Below, piece after piece: positions 16,265 to 24,373 of a DNA stretch of 40,963 bases. A model generated the notes under the pieces. It made no database searches, was not told the DNA's origin, and was given only the letters and a program-made list of their open reading frames with translations. Each line of letters begins with the position of its first letter. Positions within the stretch are counted from its first letter, which is position 1. A program made the position numbers and the translations under genes. Source of the DNA: a virus (Duplodnaviria > Caudoviricetes); the IMG/VR virus record IMGVR_UViG_3300037424_001370, positions 1-40,963 of that record, one strand, 5' to 3'.

Positions 16265-16650
16265 CGATCCGTCGCCGGCGGGCGCAGCCGCTCCACCCGG
16301 ACCCGCACCAGCCCGACCGGCAGCGGGGCCAGTCGCGAGAAGGCCTCGTCGCTGAGGTCGATGATCCGCTCGCTCCGCTCCCCTCGATGACACTGGCACC
16401 AATCCGTAAGCGTCACGGTGACGCACTCGCCGGCGCACACCACCACCCGCGCTCCGCGCCAGTCCCCGAGGGCTCGACGGAGGGCGGGTCCCGCGGCGGC
16501 GGTCAGGCCGTCTGCCCGATACCAGGAGGCGGTCCCGCTGATTGACGCCTCGGTCCGCCCCTGACCGGACGCCATCCTCGCACCCGGATCAGGAGCGGAC
16601 CCGGACGCCAGAAGCGCGAGGGCCGCGAGGATGGCGATGAGGGCGCTCAC
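16261..16650 (-). CDS. Secreted RlpA-like double-psi beta-barrel protein
   Basis: Signal peptide; GTASWY, VTLTD and RIIDLSDEAF motifs. Confidence 0.8.
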   Translation of the reverse strand: MSALIAILAALALLASGSAPDPGARMASGQGRTEASISGTASWYRADGLTAAAGPALRRALGDWRGARVVVCAGECVTVTLTDWCQCHRGERSERIIDLSDEAFSRLAPLPVGLVRVRVERLRPPATDR

Positions 16651-16787
16651 AACCCGATCCCGTAGTGGGCCGCGAGCGCCCGGACGGCAGGGAACCCGAT
16701 GACCTGGACGGCCTCCCAGAGCCACAGCCCCGAGAGGACGTACAGCGCCCCGGCCGCGATGGTGGCGAGGCGGCGGGTGGGGGTCAT
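16647..16787 (-). CDS. Small membrane protein (46 aa)
   Basis: Manual translation MTPTRRLATIAAGALYVLSGLWLWEAVQVIGF…; coupled at both ends. Confidence 0.6.
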   Translation of the reverse strand: MTPTRRLATIAAGALYVLSGLWLWEAVQVIGFPAVRALAAHYGIGL

Positions 16788-17644
16788 CGGGGGTCCTCCG
16801 GGGTGCCACTCTCAAGATTGGAGAGTGCTTGAGAGTCGGTGGTGGGGTCCTCCGGGGTGAGGGCGGCCTTGGTGGGATCACGATGAACAGCACCGGGAGT
16901 ACCAGACGGCGGCATCGTGGCCCAATCGCGAGTGCCCATCGGGTTGCGGTACTCGCCGCCGAACGCCTCGTTGGCCTCGGTCTGGCGCTGCACTTGGAGG
17001 TCGATCGGCAGGCCCGTCTCACGAGTGCCCCAGTCAGACAGAGCGGCGTTCACGTAGCGGACGCGCAGGGGGTCCGACCACCAGCGGTCGAACACGGCGT
17101 CAGGGAGGATCACCCGCACATCCACGTCTCGAAAGCCAGGTGTGTCGTGGACCGATCCCACGAGGTACGGCGTGTGTCCAGTGAGCGCGTGCACCTTCTT
17201 GCACCAGCCCTCCACGCGCTCGAAGTCGTGCAGTTGGAGGTACGAGGCGCGCCGCTTCTCAGAGCCCGGGGGCGTGTCGGTTGGGGCGGGGAGGGCGGCG
17301 CCAGCGGCGTGCATCACGTCGGCCAGCCGTCGGCAGCCGTCGCACGCCTCGGGGTCGTGGTGGTGGCCGGTCGTCCAGCAGATCGGTCCGCACTCGGGGG
17401 TGATCGTGTGCCCGGCCAACCGGGAGAGCAGCCCGTCCTCGTCAGGCGTGTCGGTTGGGGCGGGGAGGGCCGGGCCGGTGGGTACGCGATCGAAGGTGTA
17501 CCCCACACGCACCGCGAGTTCCACCAGCCGGGCTGCGTCCTTGGTGTGGTCCTTGACGGTGCAAGTGAACGCCTGCTCGTCCTCGTTCCATCGGCATCCG
17601 ATCAGACAGTCATGCAGCAGCGCGGCCAGCGGGTCGGTGGTCAC
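16784..17644 (-). CDS. Modular protein with C-terminal minimal nucleotidyltransferase (pol-beta superfamily) domain
   Basis: YLVGS…RDVDVRV…PIDLQVQ; modules separated by PAPTDTP linkers. Confidence 0.7.
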   Translation of the reverse strand: MTTDPLAALLHDCLIGCRWNEDEQAFTCTVKDHTKDAARLVELAVRVGYTFDRVPTGPALPAPTDTPDEDGLLSRLAGHTITPECGPICWTTGHHHDPEACDGCRRLADVMHAAGAALPAPTDTPPGSEKRRASYLQLHDFERVEGWCKKVHALTGHTPYLVGSVHDTPGFRDVDVRVILPDAVFDRWWSDPLRVRYVNAALSDWGTRETGLPIDLQVQRQTEANEAFGGEYRNPMGTRDWATMPPSGTPGAVHRDPTKAALTPEDPTTDSQALSNLESGTPEDPR

Positions 17645-17672
17645 CGGGGGCCTCCTTCGAGGGCGGCGTAGT

Positions 17673-18341
17673 TCATTCGATCTCCAGCAGCGCAACGAGC
17701 TTCGACGAATAGGCGGCCCAAGCGGCGTCCCCAGCGGCGTCCCAAGCGGCGGCCCGAGCGGCGGCCCAAGCGGCGGCCCGAGCGGCGGCCCGAGCGGCGG
17801 CCCGAGCGGCGGCCCAAGCGGCGCCCCCAGCGGCGGCCCAAGCGGCGGCCCGAGCGGCGGCCCAAGCGGCGTCCCCAGCGGCGGCCAGATCCTCCTGCGT
17901 GGCCTCGCCATCGGCGTAGCAGCGGGCGGTGTAGATCGCCACCTCGCAGGTGAGGCGGGACGCCTCGTCGGGGATCAGGTGCAGGACGGACTCCGCGCAG
18001 TCGGCGGCGAAGATGCGGGCCGTGCGCTCATCCCACGTCTCGACGATGCGGACCAAGCGGGCAGCCCGGACGCCGCACTTCTCGCGGCCCTCGATGACGT
18101 CGCCATCGATCTCCACCTCAGCGATGATGGGGCCGAGCCACTGGAGCAACTGGTCGGCGCGGAGGACGTGGTAGACGCGGCTGGTACAGAGGTCCCGGGC
18201 GGTCAGCGGGCGCTTCAGCTTGCGTTTTCGCTGCCACGCCCCCGGCGTCCACGAGCCGTCCTCACCCTTGACGGGGAGATCCCAGCGGCCGTATCCCTGC
18301 GGGGTGGTGCCGTCAGCGTTGAGCACCTTGTAGAGCTTCAT
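17673..18341 (-). CDS. Hypothetical protein with Imm5-like helical region and AAAW/AAAR repeats
   Basis: ARIFAADCAESVLHL…AR.YADGEA…L followed by Ala-rich tetrapeptide repeats. Confidence 0.75.
   Translation of the reverse strand: MKLYKVLNADGTTPQGYGRWDLPVKGEDGSWTPGAWQRKRKLKRPLTARDLCTSRVYHVLRADQLLQWLGPIIAEVEIDGDVIEGREKCGVRAARLVRIVETWDERTARIFAADCAESVLHLIPDEASRLTCEVAIYTARCYADGEATQEDLAAAGDAAWAAARAAAWAAAGGAAWAAARAAARAAARAAAWAAARAAAWDAAGDAAWAAYSSKLVALLEIE
17712..17886 (-). repeat. 12-bp coding tandem repeat (~14 units)
   Basis: gcggcccaagcg / gcggcccgagcg / gcgtccccagcg variants. Confidence 0.9.
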
Positions 18342-18559
18342 TCGATCTCCCTCTGGTCCGGGTACTGGTCCCACGTCCGACCGTCGAGCTCGCGGCCCCC
18401 GGCCTTCGGCGTGCGGCCGCCCCACTGCTTGAACAGGAACGGCACGCCAGCGTCGCGGAGGCGGGCGGCGAGGCGCGAGCAGTCGTAGCGATGGAACCCA
18501 TCGGGGCATAGGAGACTTGCCATGTGCAGCATGGGCGCGGCCAGCTGGTCGGTGGTCAC
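18338..18559 (-). CDS. Chimeric small protein ending in a DUF5131 (Gp37/Gp68) C-terminal fragment
   Basis: AGVPFLFKQWGGRTPKAGGRELDGRTWDQYP. Confidence 0.65.
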   Translation of the reverse strand: MTTDQLAAPMLHMASLLCPDGFHRYDCSRLAARLRDAGVPFLFKQWGGRTPKAGGRELDGRTWDQYPDQREIE

Positions 18560-19254
18560 CGGGGGTCCTCCGGGGTGAGGGCGGCGAAGTGCGGGTGGTC
18601 GAACGGGTAGTTGCACCGCAGTCGCTGGTGGTGTTCGGAGTGCTCGTGGCAGGTCCGGCGGTAGCCCGTCGGACTCGGCCACCCGGAGGACCCTTCCTCG
18701 CGACAGCCGGGCTCGTCACAACCGCGCCACGGAGCAGGGTTGGGATCGGAGTAGCCCAACACCTCGAACGCTTCCTCCAGCGCCGACAGGCCGCCCGTCG
18801 TGATGCCGCCGCCGCCCCAATAGGAGGCGAACTGGTTGACCATGTCCTCTAGCGCGCTGCGCAGCCGCTCCACGTCCAGCGCCGTGTCGGCTGGGGCGGG
18901 GCTGGCGGCGCGGCACGACTCGTACTGCAAGCGACCAACGCACGCATCGGAGCCGCATGTCGGGCACTGACCGGCATCGCCGTCCAGTGGCGTGTCGGTT
19001 GGGGCGGGCGAGGCCGGGGCGGTGATGACGTGGAGGAAGCCCCGCTCACCGCACTTCACACATGCCACCCGGTAGTCGTGGAACTCGCCCGGCGTCTGGT
19101 GGCCGGGCAGCGGGGGGGTATCGGCGCGGGCCTCCGCCTCGATGGCGAGGATGCCGAGGCGGACGACGAGGTTGGTGAAGGGCTCGTCGGGTTCCTGGAA
19201 CGAGCGCAGCAGCTCGCGGCCTGCCCGGGTGGTCGGGGTTCGCTGGTCGGTCAT
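18556..19254 (-). CDS. Modular hypothetical protein with several CxxC modules
   Basis: Modules separated by ADTP / PAPTDTP / PAPADT linkers; ends AALTPEDPR. Confidence 0.7.
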   Translation of the reverse strand: MTDQRTPTTRAGRELLRSFQEPDEPFTNLVVRLGILAIEAEARADTPPLPGHQTPGEFHDYRVACVKCGERGFLHVITAPASPAPTDTPLDGDAGQCPTCGSDACVGRLQYESCRAASPAPADTALDVERLRSALEDMVNQFASYWGGGGITTGGLSALEEAFEVLGYSDPNPAPWRGCDEPGCREEGSSGWPSPTGYRRTCHEHSEHHQRLRCNYPFDHPHFAALTPEDPR

Positions 19255-19916
19255 CGGTTCACCTCCAGGGGTCGCAGGCGGACGTCGACGCCGGGCGCCT
19301 CGTCCTCGTCGGGCCAGCGCTTCTCGACGACCAGGCGGGCCACGCGGCAGTCGTCGTCGAAGGCGACTGCGGACAGCGCATCGAGCGCGGCACGAGCGAG
19401 CTTGTCGGCGTCAGGCCGGCCGTCGTGCCACACCGGGGCGTCGGCGCGCAGGACGCGGACGGGGCGCCGGCTGTTCGCCGCGAGGTAGTGCGACGCGGGC
19501 CGGGAGCGCGGTCGGAACATCAGCTCGACGGCGACGGGGCCCGTGAGCAGCCGGTGGCCGGCCATCGCGGCGCGGGCCTCCGTGGCGATCGCACCGCGCC
19601 AGGCCAGGAGTGGCGACGAGGTCGTCACGTGGCGGGCCTTGCCGCCGGCGATGAACGAGCGCCCTGAGCCCTGGGGGACCGGGATGCCGCGGACCGTGAG
19701 CTCCAGGGTGGTCCTGCCGGGCGGGGGGCCTTCTTCCCGGTGAGCTGGCTGTGCGCAAACGTGGCAGCCAACGCGGTCCTCTGGCGCGGCGGCAGCGAGA
19801 GGATTTGACCCCCCCTGCCCCGTCCCGTTTCCCTGAACCCGGCTGACCGGACGCGAACCTTGGCGCGGGTCGGGCCGGCCGGCGGGGCGAAAGATCTTGC
19901 GGCCCCCTGGGGTCAC
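19251..19916 (-). CDS. rusA: RusA-like Holliday junction resolvase with N-terminal extension
   Basis: GIPVPQGS, PDADKLARAALDAL…FDDDCRV…KRW; start position uncertain. Confidence 0.85.
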   Translation of the reverse strand: MTPGGRKIFRPAGRPDPRQGSRPVSRVQGNGTGQGGSNPLAAAAPEDRVGCHVCAQPAHREEGPPPGRTTLELTVRGIPVPQGSGRSFIAGGKARHVTTSSPLLAWRGAIATEARAAMAGHRLLTGPVAVELMFRPRSRPASHYLAANSRRPVRVLRADAPVWHDGRPDADKLARAALDALSAVAFDDDCRVARLVVEKRWPDEDEAPGVDVRLRPLEVNR

Positions 19917-20206
19917 CACGGCACGTCCTCCTCGAACCCCTGGGCGTCGCGGACCAGCTCGGCCTGGCGGGCCCTGGGCAGGCCCTGGAACACCCGGGCG
20001 TCGTGGCGGTCGTACGTCCCCCGGCGGTCGTCGTACCCGGCCCAGGCGTTGAAGCCCTCGACCATCGAGCGCAGGACGCCAGCCGGGTAGTCGCACCAGC
20101 CGCAGCGCCGCGGATGCCGGCGCGTCACGCCGTCCCGGTCCCGGGCGGACAGGCACAGCGCCGCGGCCACGGCCGACGCCGGCTCGTCGATCACGGTGGC
20201 GGTCAC
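19913..20206 (-). CDS. Hypothetical protein
   Basis: Coupled to neighbours; CxxC motif. Confidence 0.55.
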   Translation of the reverse strand: MTATVIDEPASAVAAALCLSARDRDGVTRRHPRRCGWCDYPAGVLRSMVEGFNAWAGYDDRRGTYDRHDARVFQGLPRARQAELVRDAQGFEEDVPW

Positions 20207-20868
20207 CCGACGACCTCCGGCAGCGGGGCGGCCGCCCAGGGCAGGTCGTCCCGCTCGAGCCCCTCGTCATAGTCGGTCGGCGACCGCATCGGACCGAGGT
20301 CTCTCGCTCTCGTCCGTCGCCCCCCGCTGGCGGGGGGTTGGGGGGTAGTAGTTGAATCGGTATAGGACGGGCCGGGACGCGCGCCCCCTGGCGCGCGCGC
20401 GATGCTCGCGTGACCAACGGGCATGTCACTACGTGACTCACGCTGTGACTGCATGTGTGACTCACGCTGTGACTCACGCTGTGACTGCATGTGTGACTCA
20501 CGCTGTGACTCACTAGGTGACTCACTAGGTGACTCACGCTGCCCTGACCTGTGACGGCGCTGCCTCTCAGCCGCCGCCTCCCGCCGGGCCTCGACCTGCT
20601 CGCGCGAGTCGTTGAACTCGAGAAAGTCGTGGATCAGGTAGCCCTGATCGCAGTGCTCGAAGAAGCCCGCCTTGACCAGCCGGTCGGCAAGCGCCGTCGT
20701 CCCGCCGAGCAGTCGGACCCTGTCGGCCGGCACCACTCCATCAGTGAGTCGGCGATTGGACCAGCTGATCGCCAGGGTCAACAGCCCGACCCCAGCGAGA
20801 CGCTGGCTGCCAAGAGCGTCGAGCTTCGGGTGGTCGTAGAGCCCGTCGTCCAGTCGTCCCCAGGGCAT
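20203..20868 (-). CDS. Replication initiator-like protein
   Basis: W.RLDD…HPK…TDG…LVKAG…YLIHDF N-terminal domain with internal iterons. Confidence 0.75.
   Translation of the reverse strand: MPWGRLDDGLYDHPKLDALGSQRLAGVGLLTLAISWSNRRLTDGVVPADRVRLLGGTTALADRLVKAGFFEHCDQGYLIHDFLEFNDSREQVEARREAAAERQRRHRSGQRESPSESPSESQRESHMQSQRESQRESHMQSQRESRSDMPVGHASIARAPGGARPGPSYTDSTTTPQPPASGGRRTRARDLGPMRSPTDYDEGLERDDLPWAAAPLPEVVG
20433..20540. repeat. Nine 12-bp iterons, putative replication origin
   Basis: gtgactcacgct x5, gtgactgcatgt x2, gtgactcactag x2 in tandem inside the initiator gene. Confidence 0.8.
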
Positions 20869-21524
20869 CAGCGCGCCACCTTCCGGTAGTCGGTGGCGTC
20901 CAGAACCACGGCCGGTGAGCCCTCCGACAGCCGGCTCACCACCGCGTCGTACCCGCGGTCGACGAGGACCTGGGGCGTGTAGTTGCTCGTCACCACGGTC
21001 GGGCGGAGGGCGTTATAGCGCTCATTGACGAGGACGTAGAGCCGCTCGCTCGCCCAGTCGGTGACCTTCTCGCGGCCGAGGTCGTCGAGCACCAGGAGGT
21101 CCGCGGTGATGAGGTCCGGCAGGGGATCGGTGACGTCGGCGAACCGGATCCGGCTGCGCAGCGTGTCGAGGAACGCGGGCACTGACACCAGCCGGACGTG
21201 GAGCTCGGGACGGCGCGACACGACGGGGTAGCCGTCCACCACCCGCTCGACCGACTCGGACGGGTAGGTCGTGAGCCAGGCGTCGACGACCTCCGCGAGC
21301 ATGGCCACCGCGAGGTGCGTCTTGCCGCCTCCGGCAGGGCCGCAGAGCACGAGGCCCGAGCGCTCCTGCGCGGCGACCGCGCGCGCAGCGGCGAGCGCCC
21401 TGGCGGTTCCCGGGCGGGTCTCGAACGTCGCGAACCGGCAGTCGATGTAGCGCGGTGGCACGCCCGCCCGCTCGAGGGTGCGGCGGAGCACGTCCTGTGT
21501 CGTCGGGGGGGCGGCGATGGCCAT
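20868..21524 (-). CDS. DnaC/IstB-like AAA+ helicase loader
   Basis: GPAGGGKTHLA, LLVLDDLG, VVTSN and DYR motifs. Confidence 0.9.
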   Translation of the reverse strand: MAIAAPPTTQDVLRRTLERAGVPPRYIDCRFATFETRPGTARALAAARAVAAQERSGLVLCGPAGGGKTHLAVAMLAEVVDAWLTTYPSESVERVVDGYPVVSRRPELHVRLVSVPAFLDTLRSRIRFADVTDPLPDLITADLLVLDDLGREKVTDWASERLYVLVNERYNALRPTVVTSNYTPQVLVDRGYDAVVSRLSEGSPAVVLDATDYRKVAR

Positions 21525-21754
21525 CAGGTCTCCTGCTCGGCGCGCCAGGCGCGGTGCGCCGGCGTGGTGATGTGCGCCGCCACGACGTCCCGTGGGTCGT
21601 CGCGCAGGCGCTGGGTGAGCCACCCGCCGCAGGCGCAGGCCTCGCCGCGCACGACGGGCAGCAGCTCGGCCTCGAGCGCCCGCACGAGGCGCAGGGGCGG
21701 GTACTCGTCGAGGGCCGGCGCGGTGCGGATGGCCAGCAGGGCGGCGGCGGTCAT
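21524..21754 (-). CDS. Hypothetical protein (CxC…H…H)
   Basis: Coupled ORF MTAAALLAIR…. Confidence 0.6.
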   Translation of the reverse strand: MTAAALLAIRTAPALDEYPPLRLVRALEAELLPVVRGEACACGGWLTQRLRDDPRDVVAAHITTPAHRAWRAEQET

Positions 21755-22134
21755 CGCCCGGCCCCCAGGAGGGCCACGGAGCCGTCGCCGGCGACGATCG
21801 CCTCGAGGTCGCCGAGGTCCTCGCGCACGTTGTCCTCGACGACGATCTCGTCGATGTCGAGCTCGGTCGGCACCGGACCGCCAGCCGCCGGAGCCGCCCC
21901 GGGCTCCGACGCTGCTGCGGATGTGGTGGGGGCCGCGAAGTGATCGCACCCCGGGACGTGGTTGGAGCCGACGCACGCGGGGGCGTCAAGGTCCCGCGAG
22001 GGGTGCGCCATGGCGACGTGGGCCGGGATGCTGCCCGGGCTGTCCATCGTGTACGTGCAGCCGAACGCGGGACACGGCACGCGCTTCGGGGCGGGTTTCC
22101 GCGCGGAACGGGCGGACGTGGTCTCGACGGTCAT
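21751..22134 (-). CDS. C2H2-like Zn finger fused to a truncated ParB-like N-terminus
   Basis: CPAFGC…HVAMAH, then LDIDEIVVEDNVREDLGDL and an early stop. Confidence 0.55.
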   Translation of the reverse strand: MTVETTSARSARKPAPKRVPCPAFGCTYTMDSPGSIPAHVAMAHPSRDLDAPACVGSNHVPGCDHFAAPTTSAAASEPGAAPAAGGPVPTELDIDEIVVEDNVREDLGDLEAIVAGDGSVALLGAGR

Positions 22135-23048
22135 GCAACCTCCTCGACGCGCGCGCGCCGGGCGGCGTGCATCTGCTTGCTGGTGGCGCTTCGCTGCGCC
22201 GGATCGATGCCCGCGCTGATGCGGCGGCCGCGCTCGGCGCGTTCCTCGTCGGTCAGCGCGGAGAGCCGCTGGCGGCTGAGCTCGGCCATCCGCTCGTGCT
22301 CGCCCTCGCGCGCCCAGCGACGGGCCTGGCCCGCCCGGTGGGCCGCGAGCCAGGCATCGCGGTGCGTCGGGCCGTGTGCGCCCTCGGCCGGCGTCGCGGT
22401 CTCCACGTGGCGCTCGACTGTGAGCAGGGGCAGCGGGCTGACGGCTCGCAGCGGACAGCCCGCGTCGCGGCACCGGCCCTCGGGCTCGCAGGAGCGGCAC
22501 ATCGCCTCGACGGCCAGCCGGTGATCCCCGAGGATCCGGCCCTGCTGGTCGACGCGCTGGCGGCCCTTCGCCTCGGCCTGGCCGAACCGGGCGACGGCGT
22601 CGGCGACGACGGCCTTGGGCAGTCCGCCCTTCACGCCCTCGCGGGACTTGAGGAGATCGCGCAGCTCGCCGGCGAGCGCCACGCCCGGCATGGGCTTGCG
22701 CAGCTGGACGTCGATCTGACGGCACGCCGGGGAACAGAACCGCTTCGCCTGGCTGCCACCCTCGTCGAGGAACGGTCGCCCGCACCGTGCGCAGGGCTGG
22801 GTCCGGGCCTCGCGGACGATCGTGGCGAGCTCCGGCCACGAGAGGGACTCGGCAAGCCGCAGCGAGGTGTCGTAGCGCGGCAGGTTGAGTCCGGCGCGCC
22901 AGTTGCCGATGGCGCTGATCGCGATGCCCGTGAGGGGGCCGAGGCGCTTCGCGCCGACCTTGCGGGCCCGCATCGCGCGGTCGAGCTCTTCGCCGAACCG
23001 GCGCGCGGCGACCAGGCGTGAGGAGCCAGGGGAGAGCGGAACGGTCAT
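22131..23048 (-). CDS. XRE-type HTH plus Zn-finger regulator
   Basis: GIAISAIGNWRAGLNLP; CARCG…FCSPAC; CRSC…C…CPL. Confidence 0.75.
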   Translation of the reverse strand: MTVPLSPGSSRLVAARRFGEELDRAMRARKVGAKRLGPLTGIAISAIGNWRAGLNLPRYDTSLRLAESLSWPELATIVREARTQPCARCGRPFLDEGGSQAKRFCSPACRQIDVQLRKPMPGVALAGELRDLLKSREGVKGGLPKAVVADAVARFGQAEAKGRQRVDQQGRILGDHRLAVEAMCRSCEPEGRCRDAGCPLRAVSPLPLLTVERHVETATPAEGAHGPTHRDAWLAAHRAGQARRWAREGEHERMAELSRQRLSALTDEERAERGRRISAGIDPAQRSATSKQMHAARRARVEEVA

Positions 23049-23425
23049 CAGGGGACCGCCTTGGCTGTGGGGTCATACAGGGCGACCGCGGCGGGCTGCG
23101 CCCTGGCCCATGCCCGCCAGTCGGCCGTCGTCCGGACCGTCTCGCCGTCGACGTCGGTGCGATGGCGGTACTCCCCGCTGGCACCCGGCGGCGGGCACAC
23201 GAACGTGCCCTGGCGCACCATCGACTCGGCGTCCCACGTCGGCCCCGTGGCCTCGTAGACGTAGACGTCCTCGATGGGGCGGGGCTCGTCGTGCAGCTGG
23301 TCGAGCAGGTCGACCCGCCCGTCGCTGCGGGACACGACGGCGCGTAGGAAGTGCGGGGCGCGACGGGTGCCGTAGCGCCCGGCCGCCGGCCCGTCGAGCA
23401 GGACGATGCCGCCCTTGCCGCTCAC
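23048..23425 (-). CDS. Hypothetical protein
   Basis: GTG start coupled to the upstream stop; LLDGPAAG motif. Confidence 0.65.
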   Translation of the reverse strand: MSGKGGIVLLDGPAAGRYGTRRAPHFLRAVVSRSDGRVDLLDQLHDEPRPIEDVYVYEATGPTWDAESMVRQGTFVCPPPGASGEYRHRTDVDGETVRTTADWRAWARAQPAAVALYDPTAKAVP

Positions 23426-23631
23426 GCCGGCACCTCGCGCACGCGCAGCTCGACGTGCCACACGCCGTCCCTGACCTCGACGGTCAGCCCGCGCGTCTTC
23501 ACGCGGTAGCCGAGCGCCTTGGCCTCGGCGCTCGCGGCCTTGGCGGCCTCCGCCTCAGCGGTGCCGAGGACCTCGAACACGGCCGCCTGCGGGCTGCCCG
23601 GCCAGACGTCCGCGACGCGCAGGAGGCTCAC
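23422..23631 (-). CDS. Hypothetical protein
   Basis: Coupled; bracketed by 22-bp direct repeats. Confidence 0.6.
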   Translation of the reverse strand: MSLLRVADVWPGSPQAAVFEVLGTAEAEAAKAASAEAKALGYRVKTRGLTVEVRDGVWHVELRVREVPA

Positions 23632-24254
23632 GCCGGCACCTCGCGCAGCAGGCCGGGGTCGAAGCGCAGGCGGTCCACGTGCCGTTCCCACGGATCGAGC
23701 CAGGGGACGCCCAGCGCGGCGAAGAACGCCTCCTCGGTGGGCGTCGGGACGACGCGGTTGTGGTACAGCACCCGCCCGTCCTCGACCCGGCGCCAGTGGC
23801 GCTTGCAGTCGGTGACCAAGCGCGTGTTCCAGTCGCCCGGGCCCGTGCGCAGGGCGAAGATGCAGCCCCAGCGCTCCGCGTCCGTGATGAACAGGTCGAC
23901 GGGCATGTCCCGGTAGACGAGGGCCTTGTAGGCGTCGCCCATCCGTCGGCCCGTCTCGACCGTGCCGTCGCGCCGGTGGATCTCGACCGCGCGCGGCGCG
24001 AGCTCACCCTCGGCGAGGCCCGCGGCGATCGTCTCAGCGAGCAGATCGAGGTCCTCGACGTCCTCGCTCCACAGGCCGCCCCGGACCTCGACATGCCGCG
24101 GGATCGCCACGATCTCGATGTCGTGGACCTCGCCCTTGCGGCGGCGGACGGACCCTGCGATCTCGATCCGCTCGCAGGCGCCCGCGAGCAGCCCCACGAG
24201 CTCCGTGGCCACCAGGTGGGCGTCGGCCCAGCGGATCGCGGCGCCGGCGCTCAC
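23628..24254 (-). CDS. Minimal family X DNA polymerase (palm and thumb)
   Basis: IAGSVRRRK…DIEIV, VDLF, RTGP, EEAFFAALGVPWLDPWER. Confidence 0.88.
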   Translation of the reverse strand: MSAGAAIRWADAHLVATELVGLLAGACERIEIAGSVRRRKGEVHDIEIVAIPRHVEVRGGLWSEDVEDLDLLAETIAAGLAEGELAPRAVEIHRRDGTVETGRRMGDAYKALVYRDMPVDLFITDAERWGCIFALRTGPGDWNTRLVTDCKRHWRRVEDGRVLYHNRVVPTPTEEAFFAALGVPWLDPWERHVDRLRFDPGLLREVPA

Positions 24255-24373
24255 CGGAACACCGCCCGCCACAGCGAGCGCGAGCACGCGATGCACATCG
24301 GCCACCGGGCGGGACGCCGGCGACGGCAGCCGATGGTGCAGCAGCGGTAGAGGCGGATGCGGCCGGTGCTCAC
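24251..24373 (-). CDS. Small Cys-rich protein (40 aa)
   Basis: CCTIGC…CIAC; GTGA-coupled on both sides. Confidence 0.5.
   Translation of the reverse strand: MSTGRIRLYRCCTIGCRRRRPARWPMCIACSRSLWRAVFR

Noticed and set aside
20433-20540. Tandem repeats as a CRISPR array
   Set aside because: Contiguous 12-bp units without spacers, in frame inside a gene.
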